From Erysipelotrichaceae bacterium (GTDB lineage: Bacteria > Bacillota_I > Bacilli_A > RF39 > UBA660), in assembly GCA_022772985.1 (NCBI GenBank), contig JALEZJ010000055.1, positions 1,166 through 65,165 of the forward strand: DNA of 64,000 nucleotides, given 5' to 3'. The notes beneath the pieces are model-generated. The model was given only the letters and a program-made list of their open reading frames with translations, made no database searches and was not told where the DNA came from. The position numbers and the translations under genes are program-made. This document shows positions 36,028 to 46,526 of this stretch, piece after piece (the stretch's first letter is position 1; the number at the start of each line of letters is the position of its first letter).

Positions 36028-37315
36028 ATTTTCTCTTTAATAATTCTTCTAAATCATTTTCTAATTTACTAATATCATTTGGGCTCATAAAAGCAAATAC
36101 TGTATTATCATACTTACTTAATTTGTTTGCTTCCTCTATATTTATATGGTATCCATTTTCTAGCTTATTTATAATCATATTTGAAGTAACGTCTGGATAA
36201 TCTTCTTGTTTTTCTCTTGCTGGATGGATATCTAATATGTAGCTAGCATCTGCCTTATTAAAAACACTTACTAAATCGTCTGCAAATTCTTTGGTTCTAG
36301 TAAAAGTATGGGGTTGAAAGATAATTACTAAATGTTTGTCTGGATACTTTTGGCGAATTGCTTCAAGCGTTGCTTTTACTTCATTAGGATGGTGTGCATA
36401 ATCATCAATAATCCTATTATTTCCAACTTTTTTTTCGCTAAATCTTCTTTTTGCTCCTGTAAATTTTTTTAAATTAGCAAAAATTTCTTGATATGGAACT
36501 TTTTCTATTATGCCCACTGCAATAACTGCTAATGCATCTAGTAGTTGATGTTTTCCATATAATGGCAAATCAAAGTGTCCATAATTATCTACATCAAAGG
36601 AAACACCATCTTTTGTATAGATAACATTTGTAGCCCTTACGTCATTAGATTCTTCTAATCCATAAAAGGTAATAGGTTTTTCTACTTTCATCTTTCTAGT
36701 ATATGGATCATCTCCATAAGCTACAATCATTTTTTTTGCCATATTAGCATAACTTGTATAAGCATCTATTACATCCTCAATATCTTTATAATAATCTACA
36801 TGGTCTAGATCAATATTTGTAATTACTGCTATATAAGGGTGATAAGCTAGGAAATGACGTTTATATTCGCAAGATTCTAATGCAAAATATGGATTTTCTT
36901 TTTTAGCACTTCCCGTTCCATCCCCAATTAAATAGGAAATTCCTTGATTTTGAAATGCTAATGAAAACATATTGGTAGTGGTTGTTTTTCCATGGCATCC
37001 TGCAATACAGATTGTTTTAAATTGCTTTGTTAATTCTCCAACCATCTCATTATACTCTAATATCTTTAAATTTAATTCTTTGGCTTTTTTTAATTCTACA
37101 TTATCATCTTTAATAGATGCACCTTTAATAATTGTAAATCCTTCTTTTATATTTTTTTCTTCATATACATAAAAGGGAATATCATTTTTAATTAGTTCTG
37201 ATTCGGTAAAAAAGTGTTTATCAATATCACTTCCTGATACAGCGTATCCTAGTTGCTTTAGAATAACCGCTAATGCACTCATTCCAGTACCTTTTATTCC
37301 AATTAAATAATACAT
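36026..37315 (-). CDS. murC: UDP-N-acetylmuramate--L-alanine ligase
   Basis: YYLIGIKGTGMSALA N-terminus, GCHGKTTTT P-loop and Mur ligase middle and C-terminal blocks. The ATG at 37315 follows the upstream stop directly. Confidence 0.9.
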   Translation of the reverse strand: MYYLIGIKGTGMSALAVILKQLGYAVSGSDIDKHFFTESELIKNDIPFYVYEEKNIKEGFTIIKGASIKDDNVELKKAKELNLKILEYNEMVGELTKQFKTICIAGCHGKTTTTNMFSLAFQNQGISYLIGDGTGSAKKENPYFALESCEYKRHFLAYHPYIAVITNIDLDHVDYYKDIEDVIDAYTSYANMAKKMIVAYGDDPYTRKMKVEKPITFYGLEESNDVRATNVIYTKDGVSFDVDNYGHFDLPLYGKHQLLDALAVIAVGIIEKVPYQEIFANLKKFTGAKRRFSEKKVGNNRIIDDYAHHPNEVKATLEAIRQKYPDKHLVIIFQPHTFTRTKEFADDLVSVFNKADASYILDIHPAREKQEDYPDVTSNMIINKLENGYHINIEEANKLSKYDNTVFAFMSPNDISKLENDLEELLKRK

Positions 37316-37316
37316 A

Positions 37317-37805
37317 TTATCTTCCCCTACCTTTCTTAGGTTCTTCTTCATCTAAGTAATATAAATCATTCATATTTTCAAACATTCTTCTTTGATTTAT
37401 CTTATTATATAGTTTAATACGAAGTTGATTGATAATTACTTGGATTTTTTTTATAGAAAAACTACCATAAGTATTTCCTAAATATTTTACATAATTATTA
37501 ATGATATTTAACTTTAATCTTTCCGCATCCATTAAAGTAGCTTTAATAGTACCTTCTTCTCCACCGGATGGGTCTTCTTCAAACTCTTCTAACATTTTCA
37601 GTAAATAGCGAATTTTAATTTCTACTTTTTTACGAATTAGTTTTTCACTTAATGTAGGATTTACAAAAATAATTTTATTTACAGCAATTGCATCTTCGAT
37701 TTTCGTTTTAGGAGTAATTGGATAACCTTTTATTTTATCATATTCTAAATATAAAATTTCTCCACTTTTTTGGTTTCTATATAAATAGTAATTTCCCTTT
37801 TCCAT
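37317..37805 (-). CDS. hypothetical protein
   Basis: 162-aa ORF packed between trmD and murC. No family recognised. Confidence 0.45.
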   Translation of the reverse strand: MEKGNYYLYRNQKSGEILYLEYDKIKGYPITPKTKIEDAIAVNKIIFVNPTLSEKLIRKKVEIKIRYLLKMLEEFEEDPSGGEEGTIKATLMDAERLKLNIINNYVKYLGNTYGSFSIKKIQVIINQLRIKLYNKINQRRMFENMNDLYYLDEEEPKKGRGR

Positions 37806-37808
37806 AGC

Positions 37809-38459
37809 TTACTCCTCTCTATTCTCAGTTAGTTTTTTTCTCATATCTTCTCTCCATTTATTAATATTGGCATGATGACCACTAAGTAATACTTCCGGTA
37901 CTTTTAGTCCTCTAAACTCTGCTGGCTTTGTATAGACAGGATAATCTACCATTCCATCAGTAAACGTTTCACTAATTAAACTCTCTTGATTAATTACTCC
38001 TGGTATTAATCTCGTTACTGCGTCTACTACTGCCATTGCGGGAATCTCTCCACCTGTTAATACAAAATTGCCTATTGATAGTGTTCTATCTACCATTGTT
38101 TTAATTCTCTCATCAAATCCTTCATAATGACCACATAGCAAAATAATATGTTTTTTTAATGAAAATTCCTGAGCTAGTTTGGAAGAAAAGTTTTCACCAC
38201 TAGGAGTTAGCATGATCACTTCACTACTATCTGTTCGTAAATCCTCAATTGCTAAGAATATTGGCTCACACATTAAAACCATCCCAGCACCGCCACCATA
38301 AGAATAGTCATCTACTTGTTTGTTCTTATATGGAGAATAATCTCTAATATTATGTACCTTTATTGTAACTAACTTTTTTTCAATTGCTCTTTTCATAATA
38401 GACTCTTTCAAAAATCCATCAAACATACCTGGAAACAAAGTTAAAATATCTATCTTCAT
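37809..38459 (-). CDS. trmD: tRNA (guanine37-N1)-methyltransferase
   Basis: MKIDILTLFPGMF N-terminus and DDYSYGGGAGMV, GHYEGFDERI blocks. Confidence 0.9.
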   Translation of the reverse strand: MKIDILTLFPGMFDGFLKESIMKRAIEKKLVTIKVHNIRDYSPYKNKQVDDYSYGGGAGMVLMCEPIFLAIEDLRTDSSEVIMLTPSGENFSSKLAQEFSLKKHIILLCGHYEGFDERIKTMVDRTLSIGNFVLTGGEIPAMAVVDAVTRLIPGVINQESLISETFTDGMVDYPVYTKPAEFRGLKVPEVLLSGHHANINKWREDMRKKLTENREE

Positions 38460-38473
38460 CTTTTATCCCTCAA

Positions 38474-38968
38474 TTAATCTAATAATCCTTTTATATATTC
38501 AAGAGTCATAGTGCGCTCTTTTAAATTGATTTTTTTTATTATATCACAAACATAAGGAACTAAATACTCTTTTCCGTCTTTGTTTACAACAATTCTTTCT
38601 TGATATGGATCTTTTTCTATTTTTATTACTTTACCTATTTTTTTGTTATTCATCACAACATCCATACCAATTAAATCTTCATCTAAGTATTCTCCTTCCT
38701 CTAAGACTAGATCACTTTTCTTTAGATAAACATTCTTTCCTTTATATTTTAGTACTTCATTAATATTAGTATATCCATCCATAGTAATCATATCAAATTG
38801 TTTATGTGGACGATAACTAGCAATAATTTCCTTTACTTTTTCTTTTCCAATATAAATTGGAAAATGCTTATGTAGAACTTTATCTTTGTATTTAAATTGA
38901 GATAAGATTCGTACTTCTCCTTTAATACCATGAGTATTTACAATTTTTCCTAAATAAAGATATTCCAT
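38474..38968 (-). CDS. rimM: 16S rRNA processing protein RimM
   Basis: YLYLGKIVNTHGIKGEVRI N-terminus. Located upstream of trmD, as usual. Confidence 0.85.
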   Translation of the reverse strand: MEYLYLGKIVNTHGIKGEVRILSQFKYKDKVLHKHFPIYIGKEKVKEIIASYRPHKQFDMITMDGYTNINEVLKYKGKNVYLKKSDLVLEEGEYLDEDLIGMDVVMNNKKIGKVIKIEKDPYQERIVVNKDGKEYLVPYVCDIIKKINLKERTMTLEYIKGLLD

Positions 38969-39055
38969 ATATAATTCACCTACTTATTCGTTTTTTATTT
39001 TCTTTGAATATACAAAATAAATTCTTACCTTTTCATTACCTATCTAATTCTAAAA

Positions 39056-39787
39056 TTACTTATTATTAATCTCATACAATAAAATAGAAGCTGCTACAGA
39101 TGCATTTAAACTTTCACAATTTTCATTCATTTTAATATATAAATATTCATCACATAATTCTTCTATATTTCTACTAATTCCTTGGCCTTCATTTCCAATT
39201 ACTAGAGCAAAATGCGAATATATTGAAGCTTCTCGTACATCGTGTCCATTTGTTACTTTAGTGCCTACTATTTTATAATCTTGATTCTTTAATTCATGAA
39301 TCAGTTTTTCAGTATTTTTAACTAGGATTGGGATATGAAACATCATGCCCTGACTTGCTCTTACTACTTTAGGACTATAAAAATCCACTGTATCAGGACT
39401 ACACACAATTGTATCTATATTAAAAGCAACTGCACTTCGGATGATGGTTCCTAAATTACCAGGATCTTGTATTCGATCTAAAATTAAAATTTTTTCTCCA
39501 AATTTTTCTTCATCTTTTCTTTTGTTGACCACTGCCATTACCCTAGATGGACTATCCATAGAAGATAATTTCTTTAATACTTCTTTTGAGACATATAAAG
39601 TTGGTACATCTAAAGGGAAGATTTCATTTTGCTCTAATATCAATTCTTTAATTAATCCTGCTTTAAATGCCTCTAAAACCAAATGTTTTGTTTCTACTAA
39701 AAAAGTATTACTTTGATCACGATATTTTTTTTCTTTTAACCTTGTTAATTCTTTAATATGCTCATTATGAACAGATGTTATTAACAT
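39056..39787 (-). CDS. TrmH/SpoU-family RNA 2'-O-methyltransferase
   Basis: 243 aa with motifs LDRIQDPGNLGTIIRSA, LVIGNEGQGIS and SLNASVAASILLYE. Confidence 0.8.
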   Translation of the reverse strand: MLITSVHNEHIKELTRLKEKKYRDQSNTFLVETKHLVLEAFKAGLIKELILEQNEIFPLDVPTLYVSKEVLKKLSSMDSPSRVMAVVNKRKDEEKFGEKILILDRIQDPGNLGTIIRSAVAFNIDTIVCSPDTVDFYSPKVVRASQGMMFHIPILVKNTEKLIHELKNQDYKIVGTKVTNGHDVREASIYSHFALVIGNEGQGISRNIEELCDEYLYIKMNENCESLNASVAASILLYEINNK

Positions 39788-39995
39788 TTTATCAGCTCCA
39801 TTTTCTAACTATGTACAATAATTCTAAATATCCATTCCATATCTATTTAATAAATACATTAAATTACTATAATCAACCATATTTTCTCATCCTTACTTAA
39901 TAGACCATTTATTTTTCATAATCAATTAAAATTCATTATATTAATAAAAATTCTTACAAAAATGAAAAATAAACTTAAGTATTTTTTTCAATTAA

Positions 39996-40628
39996 TTAAT
40001 CTCTTAATTTCTTTCGAATTTCTTTATAATTAGGGCAATATTTTTCTACTTGTTTCCAAAAATTTTTAGAATGGTTAGGGACTAAAAAATGAGATAATTC
40101 ATGGACAATCACATAATCTAGGCATTCTATATCATAGCGAAACAATTCAAAATTTAAAGTTACATTATGATTCTTGGTATTACAAACTCCCCACCTAGTT
40201 TTCATCTTTCTTATTTTCAAATTAGGGTGTGGTATTTTTTCTTCAAATTCATCGTACCAATACATTAAATGATTATAAAATGTGGTATGAATAAAACTAT
40301 CTAACCATTTGTATAATACTTTTTCATCTACTACCCAAATATGTCCCTCTTCTACTGTTATTTGGTGTTCAAAATCACCATAAACTATATCATAATATTT
40401 TCCAAATAACAAAAATAGTTCTCTTTTTTCTTTTCTAGTTTCTGCTCTTTGTATCATTTTGCCAATTGCTTTTTTATTTTCTTCTAGTAAATGAGAAATC
40501 TTTTTTTCACTAATGAAATAATTCGTTGTTACATATATTTTCTCATCTTTTACTCTTACATATGTATTTTTGTTGTCTTTTTTTATAATTTCTACTTCAT
40601 AATCTTTATTTTTATATTGAAATACCAT
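39996..40628 (-). CDS. YgjP-like (DUF45/SprT-like) zinc metallopeptidase-fold protein
   Basis: 210 aa. RWGVCN block and VHELSHFLVPNHSKNFW (HExxH) near the C-terminus. Confidence 0.7.
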   Translation of the reverse strand: MVFQYKNKDYEVEIIKKDNKNTYVRVKDEKIYVTTNYFISEKKISHLLEENKKAIGKMIQRAETRKEKRELFLLFGKYYDIVYGDFEHQITVEEGHIWVVDEKVLYKWLDSFIHTTFYNHLMYWYDEFEEKIPHPNLKIRKMKTRWGVCNTKNHNVTLNFELFRYDIECLDYVIVHELSHFLVPNHSKNFWKQVEKYCPNYKEIRKKLRD

Positions 40629-40630
40629 AT

Positions 40631-41155
40631 CTACTTATTATAATAATCATATTTAGGGAAATGAAATACCCTAGCAAGAAATCGAATCAACTTTTTCTTT
40701 TGATAATCATTATAATCCATTACCCCCTTATCATAACTATCCATTGCATAAACAACCCTTTCTTGATTTAGTTCTATTTCTTGTTTTAGGGCTAAATATT
40801 TCTTATTCTTTTTTAAAGAAGGATAAACTTTCTCTAATGTTAGGAAACTTAAAAATTCTTTTTCATATTTTTTAAATTCCTTTAGACTGTTACTATTTTG
40901 AAATAAATTTTGAATGCTAACTTTTGTTTGTTCTAACTTTTTAATAAAATTTTCTTCATAATTCAATTCACTAGAAATAAATTTTATCATTTCGTCTATT
41001 AACTTCATTCTTGCATCTAAATATTCTAAAATTGTGGCGAAAAGATCTTTTACTTTATTCTGATAACCTATTAGGCGATTTAAAAAGAACACTACAATCA
41101 AAGCTATTATAATTAAAAGACCAAATATCAATACAATGATAGAATAACTATCCAT
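40631..41155 (-). CDS. LemA-like membrane-anchored protein
   Basis: Probable start at 41155 (MDSYSIIVLIF...), after GAGAGGTGG. N-terminal TM followed by a helical region of LemA type (NRLIGYQNKVKDLFATILEYLDARMKLIDEM). Confidence 0.5.
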   Translation of the reverse strand: MDSYSIIVLIFGLLIIIALIVVFFLNRLIGYQNKVKDLFATILEYLDARMKLIDEMIKFISSELNYEENFIKKLEQTKVSIQNLFQNSNSLKEFKKYEKEFLSFLTLEKVYPSLKKNKKYLALKQEIELNQERVVYAMDSYDKGVMDYNDYQKKKLIRFLARVFHFPKYDYYNK

Positions 41156-41328
41156 AATGCACCACCTCTCTTTATTCATTGTATCAAATTTCTTTGGAAA
41201 AGTCATTATTTACTTTTGAATTGCAAACAAAAGTATTTTTTATCTTAATTATTTTCCTTATTTACTTATTTTTTGAAGAATTTTATTAGCTTATTTCTAA
41301 AGATAAAGAACAAAACATATAGTATACT

Positions 41329-42618
41329 ATGAAAAATAATTTTATTAAATCAACCATTATCTTAATATTAGGTGGCTTTCTTAGTAAGATTCTAGGAATG
41401 TTTATTAAAATCATTTTAACTAGAACAATTTCTACAGAGGGAATTGGAATTTACTCTTTAGTATTGCCTACTTTTAATTTATTTATTACCCTTTGTTCTT
41501 TAGGACTTCCAGTAGCAATTTCTAAGTTAGTAAGTGAAAATAAGAACGATAATAAGAAAATCGTTTTATCAACAATTCCTATTATTCTTTTGTTTAATTT
41601 AGGATTGATTATTCTTCTCTTTCTCATTGCACCTTTTTTAAGTAAATATCTTCTTCATAATCAAATTACCTATTATCCCTTAATTTCAATTGGTTTTACT
41701 CTTCCTTTTATCTGTATTTCTTCTATTATTAAAGGATATTTTTTTGGTAAAGAAAAAATGTTTCCTACTACTTTATCTAATATTATTGAACAATTAGTAA
41801 GATTATTTTTAACATATACAGTGATATCAAAATTAATGAATCACTCTCTTACTTATGCCATTACTGGGGTAGTTTTAATTAATATTCTTAGTGAAGGAGC
41901 TTCTATTTTAGTTTTACTTTTCTTCTTACCACATCGACAAAAGGTTACAGTATCAGATTTTTGCTATAACAAAGTTATTTTAAAGGATTTGTTGGAAATT
42001 AGTATTCCTACTACTGGTAGTCGATTGATTGGTTCTTTATCCTATTTTTTAGAACCTATTATTTTAACTTATGCTCTTACAAAGATTGGATACTCTAATC
42101 AATTTATTACTTTAGAATATGGTATCGTTAATGGATATGTATATCCTTTATTGCTTCTTCCATCTTTCTTTACTTTAGCGATTTCTAATGCTTTACTTCC
42201 TGTTGTATCTAATACTTATAGTCATAGAAATTATGATTATACAAAATATAAAATTAAGCAAGCAATTACTTTATCTTTAATTATTGGTATTCCATGCACT
42301 TTACTATTTATGAGTATTCCAGAATTTTTTCTAAATCTAATTTATAATACTACAGAAGGGCTTGAATATATCAAAATTATTGCTCCTGTCTTTTTGATTT
42401 ACTATGTTCAAGGTCCACTTACAGCTAGTATGCAAGCTATGGGAAAGGCAAAAGAAGCCATGATGGGTACTTTATATGGCTCTATCCTTCGAACAGTTCT
42501 TTTATTTGGTTTGTCTTTATGTCATATTGGAATGTGGGGATTAATTATCTCTAGTTTGGGAAATATTTTATTTATTACTATTCATCATTTTTACTATGTT
42601 TTTAGAGAATTTTCATAA
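41329..42618 (+). CDS. MOP-superfamily flippase (polysaccharide biosynthesis / SpoVB / MurJ-like)
   Basis: 429 aa, about 12 TMs. N-terminal block IILILGGFLSKILGMFIKIILTRTISTEGIGIYSLVLP is typical of SpoVB-type flippases. Confidence 0.75.
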   Translation: MKNNFIKSTIILILGGFLSKILGMFIKIILTRTISTEGIGIYSLVLPTFNLFITLCSLGLPVAISKLVSENKNDNKKIVLSTIPIILLFNLGLIILLFLIAPFLSKYLLHNQITYYPLISIGFTLPFICISSIIKGYFFGKEKMFPTTLSNIIEQLVRLFLTYTVISKLMNHSLTYAITGVVLINILSEGASILVLLFFLPHRQKVTVSDFCYNKVILKDLLEISIPTTGSRLIGSLSYFLEPIILTYALTKIGYSNQFITLEYGIVNGYVYPLLLLPSFFTLAISNALLPVVSNTYSHRNYDYTKYKIKQAITLSLIIGIPCTLLFMSIPEFFLNLIYNTTEGLEYIKIIAPVFLIYYVQGPLTASMQAMGKAKEAMMGTLYGSILRTVLLFGLSLCHIGMWGLIISSLGNILFITIHHFYYVFREFS

Positions 42619-42774
42619 ATTGTGTCTGAAAGTATATGGTAAAATTACCTTTTATTTAGTAGTTTAAAAAAAGGTATAAAAAGAGACTAATGCCTAAAGG
42701 GCACTAGTCATCGTTGATTATCTTTTTGTTTTTTGATCATTAACACAATTATTCAGTAAAATTTGAAATGGAAT

Positions 42775-45642
42775 CTAGCAATTACTACTGATACATCTTC
42801 CACTGTAATCAAATTGATAAGTTCCATTCCAACTGGCGGTTGAAGATCCACTAATGGTACGATTTCCAGAATTTGGGCAAGTAGATGCTGTATCCTCTGC
42901 TTCGTTTCCTTGTGTACAAGCTACCATACTTCCTATAGGTCCGTTCCAATTGGTGACTGTTACTCCGTTTTCTACAAAGTAGTACCAAGCACTACCACTA
43001 TTCCACCATCCTGTTTTCATAGTTCCATCAGAGTTAAAATAATACCAATGATATTTACCTCTAGAAACTTGTAATATTTTCGCCCAGTTTCCTGCTAATT
43101 TAGTTCCTTTGGCTTTTCCACTCCAATAGGAGTTATAACTAGCTTGAGTAATTCTTTCAATACTATTTCCACTATTATATGGAACTAAATAATAATACCA
43201 TGTGCCACCTGATCCATACCAACCTAATTTATTTGCAGAATAGGTTGTAGATTTTCCTCCATAACTAACTGTAAATGTATAGCGATTGTAATCTCCATAA
43301 TTATTATTAGTAGTATAACTTGCAGCAGTAGTTGGTACGCTTTGTGTTGAACCATCTGCGTAAGTTACCTTTATTGTAACAGATCTATCTGCTGTTGTAC
43401 TAGCAGTATAATGAGTGGTATAACTAGTAGCAGAAATATTTGTTACATTTGGTGACCACTGAGCATATAAGGTTATATTTTCACTGGGTGTATAACTTGC
43501 TCCGGCATTTCCAATTTTTGTTCCACCAGATGCAGCAGTATACCAACCATTAAATGTCCAATTGCTCCTAGATGGTGTTGGTAATGTCACAGATCCAGTA
43601 TTCCAATTTGCGTACAATGTTGTATTATTCACTAAATTCCAATCCCGTGCACTGTTTCCACTTGAATTATAATATTGAATTCCATTGCCACTTGTTTCTG
43701 TATAATAACCTGTAAAAGTATAAGTAGCTACATTGCTTGTGGTTCCAACACTTCCACCGTTTGCATTGTATGTCACTGTATATTTTCTTTCTGGCTTTGT
43801 AATTGTAGGCATTGTACTTCCATATGTTGCTGTCACACTAGTGGTTCCCGCAGACGTTGCACTTTGATTATTTAGGGTAACTGTATAAGTATTTGCTGTC
43901 CATTGAGCATGAAGTGTATGATCACTAGCCGTACTAACTTTACTGCTAGAAGTAATATTAGTTCCACCGCTTTCTGAAGTAAACCATCCATTAGATGTGT
44001 ATCCTGCTCTAAATGGAGTTGGTAAGGTTCCGTAAGTCGAATCATATGTAACTGTTTTTGAACTCTCTACTTTAGTAACATTAACTTTAATTTTATAATT
44101 TGAAAAAACAAATGCTCCACTTTCATTAGCCCAAATCCAAAATTTAAATGCGTTTCCCTCTGATTCTGCTGCCGAATTTACCGTTAAAATACCTGTACTA
44201 GAACCACTAGTTGGAAAAGCAAGATCCTTATAATTTCTAGTAGATAATCCATTATTTTCATCCATATAAAGATCGGTTACAAAACAACCACTACTATTTC
44301 TTGTATAAGTTCCTGAAATAAAGGAGAGAGTAATTTGATATTGTTCCCCTTCTGTAAAACTATATCCACTTAATGCAGATAACTGTACATTCCCTGTTTG
44401 GGTTCCATCTAGGGTAAGATAAGAATTCGTAGAATCATATGTTACTGTTACTCCATTTTCTGTCTTACTATTTGAGTGAAAAATATTAGCATTATAATTA
44501 ACAGTGTAAGTTTTTGGTTTCCATCTAGCATATAAGGTAACAGTTCCTCCAACTTTATAATTATCTCCAGCATCTCCTATCTTTCTACCTCCTGTTGCAG
44601 CTGAATACCAACCTTGAAAAATACAACCACTTCGTGTTACATTTGGTAGAGTATTTGATGAATCAGCTATCCATTTGGCATACAATGTATGATTATTTGC
44701 AATCGTAACAATTGTGTCATTTGTAATTAAATTTGTAAAATTATTTTCTAAATACCATCCATTAAATGTCCAATTTACTTCTTGAGGAGAACTTGCTCCA
44801 GAGGCTAATGTTCCTCCTTGGGTATCATAAGTAATCACGGTAGTTTCTTTGGTTGGAATAGGCAATTGTCCATAAGGTTGCCCATTATTCACATAATATG
44901 GACTACTACTAAGTGATCCACCATCTAAATTAAAAGTTACCAAATAGCCGTCTCGACAAAGAGTAGTATCTAAAGTAGAACTAGGATTTCTAACTAATTC
45001 TTTCTTACTTTCTGTATAAAGTTCTACTTCCACTTTACCGCTTAAATTTTGATTAATCATAGCAGACTGGTCTTCTAGCTGATTGTTATTTAGACAATCT
45101 GATAAATCCGAACTTTGACAGGAGTCACTAAACCACATATAGAAAATATAATCATCATACTGACTTTTATCTGTAGCATTATAATCTGGTAAATCTTGTT
45201 GAATTGTAGTAAGTACCATTCTTCCATCTGCAATAGTATCAAATTTGTAATCTAGAGAACCATTAGATATTTCTGTTCCATTTTTTAGTAATTTCCATTT
45301 AATATAAGGGCTAAGTAAAGAACAGTTTACTTCCAAATCATTTAAAGCGATATCATAAATAATATTGTTTGCATTGTTTGCTTCTGCTCCTCCTACTTTA
45401 AATTCTATCTTAATGACATTATTAGTACTAGTTTCTACTGCACTATCTAAAATTGGTTTAAATTCTAGATTACTAGAATCAAAAGAAGTATTTCCATAAG
45501 CTGTTTCATCTATTTGAATTAATGCAGTACTAGTTTGAAATGCTAATGAAGAAGATTGTAGGGCATAAGTAACTCCAATTATTAGTAAGGCAAAAACTAT
45601 CAAATATATAGAGATGATTCTTTTATCTTGGAAATTTTTCAT
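42775..45642 (-). CDS. large secreted cell-wall-binding surface protein (Listeria-Bacteroides/Flg_new repeats + CW_binding_1-like repeats)
   Basis: 955 aa. N-terminal signal/anchor KRIISIYLIVFALLIIGVTYALQ. At least 5 repeats of the type (W/Y)TFNGWYT..GGTKIG....ITLYAQW. C-terminal GW..G.WYYF repeats (GWYGSGGTWYYY; KYHWYYFNSDGTMKTGWWNSGSAWYYF). S/T/N/G/Y-rich. Confidence 0.75.
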   Translation of the reverse strand: MKNFQDKRIISIYLIVFALLIIGVTYALQSSSLAFQTSTALIQIDETAYGNTSFDSSNLEFKPILDSAVETSTNNVIKIEFKVGGAEANNANNIIYDIALNDLEVNCSLLSPYIKWKLLKNGTEISNGSLDYKFDTIADGRMVLTTIQQDLPDYNATDKSQYDDYIFYMWFSDSCQSSDLSDCLNNNQLEDQSAMINQNLSGKVEVELYTESKKELVRNPSSTLDTTLCRDGYLVTFNLDGGSLSSSPYYVNNGQPYGQLPIPTKETTVITYDTQGGTLASGASSPQEVNWTFNGWYLENNFTNLITNDTIVTIANNHTLYAKWIADSSNTLPNVTRSGCIFQGWYSAATGGRKIGDAGDNYKVGGTVTLYARWKPKTYTVNYNANIFHSNSKTENGVTVTYDSTNSYLTLDGTQTGNVQLSALSGYSFTEGEQYQITLSFISGTYTRNSSGCFVTDLYMDENNGLSTRNYKDLAFPTSGSSTGILTVNSAAESEGNAFKFWIWANESGAFVFSNYKIKVNVTKVESSKTVTYDSTYGTLPTPFRAGYTSNGWFTSESGGTNITSSSKVSTASDHTLHAQWTANTYTVTLNNQSATSAGTTSVTATYGSTMPTITKPERKYTVTYNANGGSVGTTSNVATYTFTGYYTETSGNGIQYYNSSGNSARDWNLVNNTTLYANWNTGSVTLPTPSRSNWTFNGWYTAASGGTKIGNAGASYTPSENITLYAQWSPNVTNISATSYTTHYTASTTADRSVTIKVTYADGSTQSVPTTAASYTTNNNYGDYNRYTFTVSYGGKSTTYSANKLGWYGSGGTWYYYLVPYNSGNSIERITQASYNSYWSGKAKGTKLAGNWAKILQVSRGKYHWYYFNSDGTMKTGWWNSGSAWYYFVENGVTVTNWNGPIGSMVACTQGNEAEDTASTCPNSGNRTISGSSTASWNGTYQFDYSGRCISSNC

Positions 45643-46083
45643 TTCTAGTTCTCCTTCCTATTCTAATAAAATGAAGCAGTTATTTTTTTTATAAATTGTT
45701 CACTTTCATTAGCTTTTAATTATTTTTTTACTTTATAATTTTTACTTTCTATTATAAATAATTATACCATATTCATCATTTTTTTCAAGTACTTTTCAGC
45801 TTCAAATTTTCTTCAAAAAATTTAAAAGATATAGTAAATTTTTTTATTCTTTATATTAGCATAACTATATTTTGAAAAATGCATCAGAAAATTAAATCTT
45901 TTAATTATCAGTAATATTGTAGTGAAAAGATATCTCAAAAAATACTTTAGTTTATTTTTTAGAGATTCTATTCAACAAAAAGATGAAGTTTGACTCAATT
46001 TTCTGATTTTTCAATTTCTAAGAAATTTATAAAAGAATAATCATTCATATAACTATTATACTTAATAAAAAGGGTTTATATTT

Positions 46084-46124
46084 AAAAAAAGATCATCATA
46101 GGTGTAAATTTCTATATGATAATC
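46084..46124 (-). terminator. putative terminator after the YmcA-like gene
   Basis: Minus strand has an imperfect hairpin GATTATCATATAG...CTATGATGATC followed by TTTTTTT. Confidence 0.4.
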
Positions 46125-46196
46125 CCTTTATAAATTTTAGTTTTCCTTAATCTTGATGAACCAAATTTCTTCGTTTTTATTTTTCATCATGAAACA

Positions 46197-46526
46197 TTAT
46201 ATTTTACTATTGATATATTTTTCAATATTAGATGAAGACATTGCCAAAATATCATTCAATTCATTCATTCTCCTTAAATACTCTTGATAAATTGGTTTTT
46301 CATTTAATAATTTTACTTTTTCATCTATCACTTTATCTATTTCTTTATAAGTATTGTCCCCTTTTTCTTCAAGACGTACAGATTTTTGTTGCAACTTTTT
46401 TATTTCAGATACCATTCTATTAATTTCTTCATCTTTTTCTAAAATTTCTCCGATATTTAAGTAAGCTTGATATTCTTTTGAATTATTAATTGTTTGAAAT
46501 AATTCATCAATTTTATTTTCAATCAT
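46197..46526 (-). CDS. YlbF/YmcA (RicA-like) family protein
   Basis: 109 aa, helical, with SKEYQAY...EINRMVSEIKKLQQK and PIYQEYLRRMNELNDIL blocks. Located directly downstream of miaB, as ymcA is in Bacillus. Confidence 0.6.
   Translation of the reverse strand: MIENKIDELFQTINNSKEYQAYLNIGEILEKDEEINRMVSEIKKLQQKSVRLEEKGDNTYKEIDKVIDEKVKLLNEKPIYQEYLRRMNELNDILAMSSSNIEKYINSKI

Noticed and set aside
39824-39880. 18-codon ORF (MVDYSNLMYLLNRYGMDI) with a plausible RBS upstream of the TrmH-family gene, considered as a leader peptide
   Set aside because: It is too short and has no recognisable attenuator structure or enrichment for a regulatory amino acid. It cannot be supported from sequence alone.
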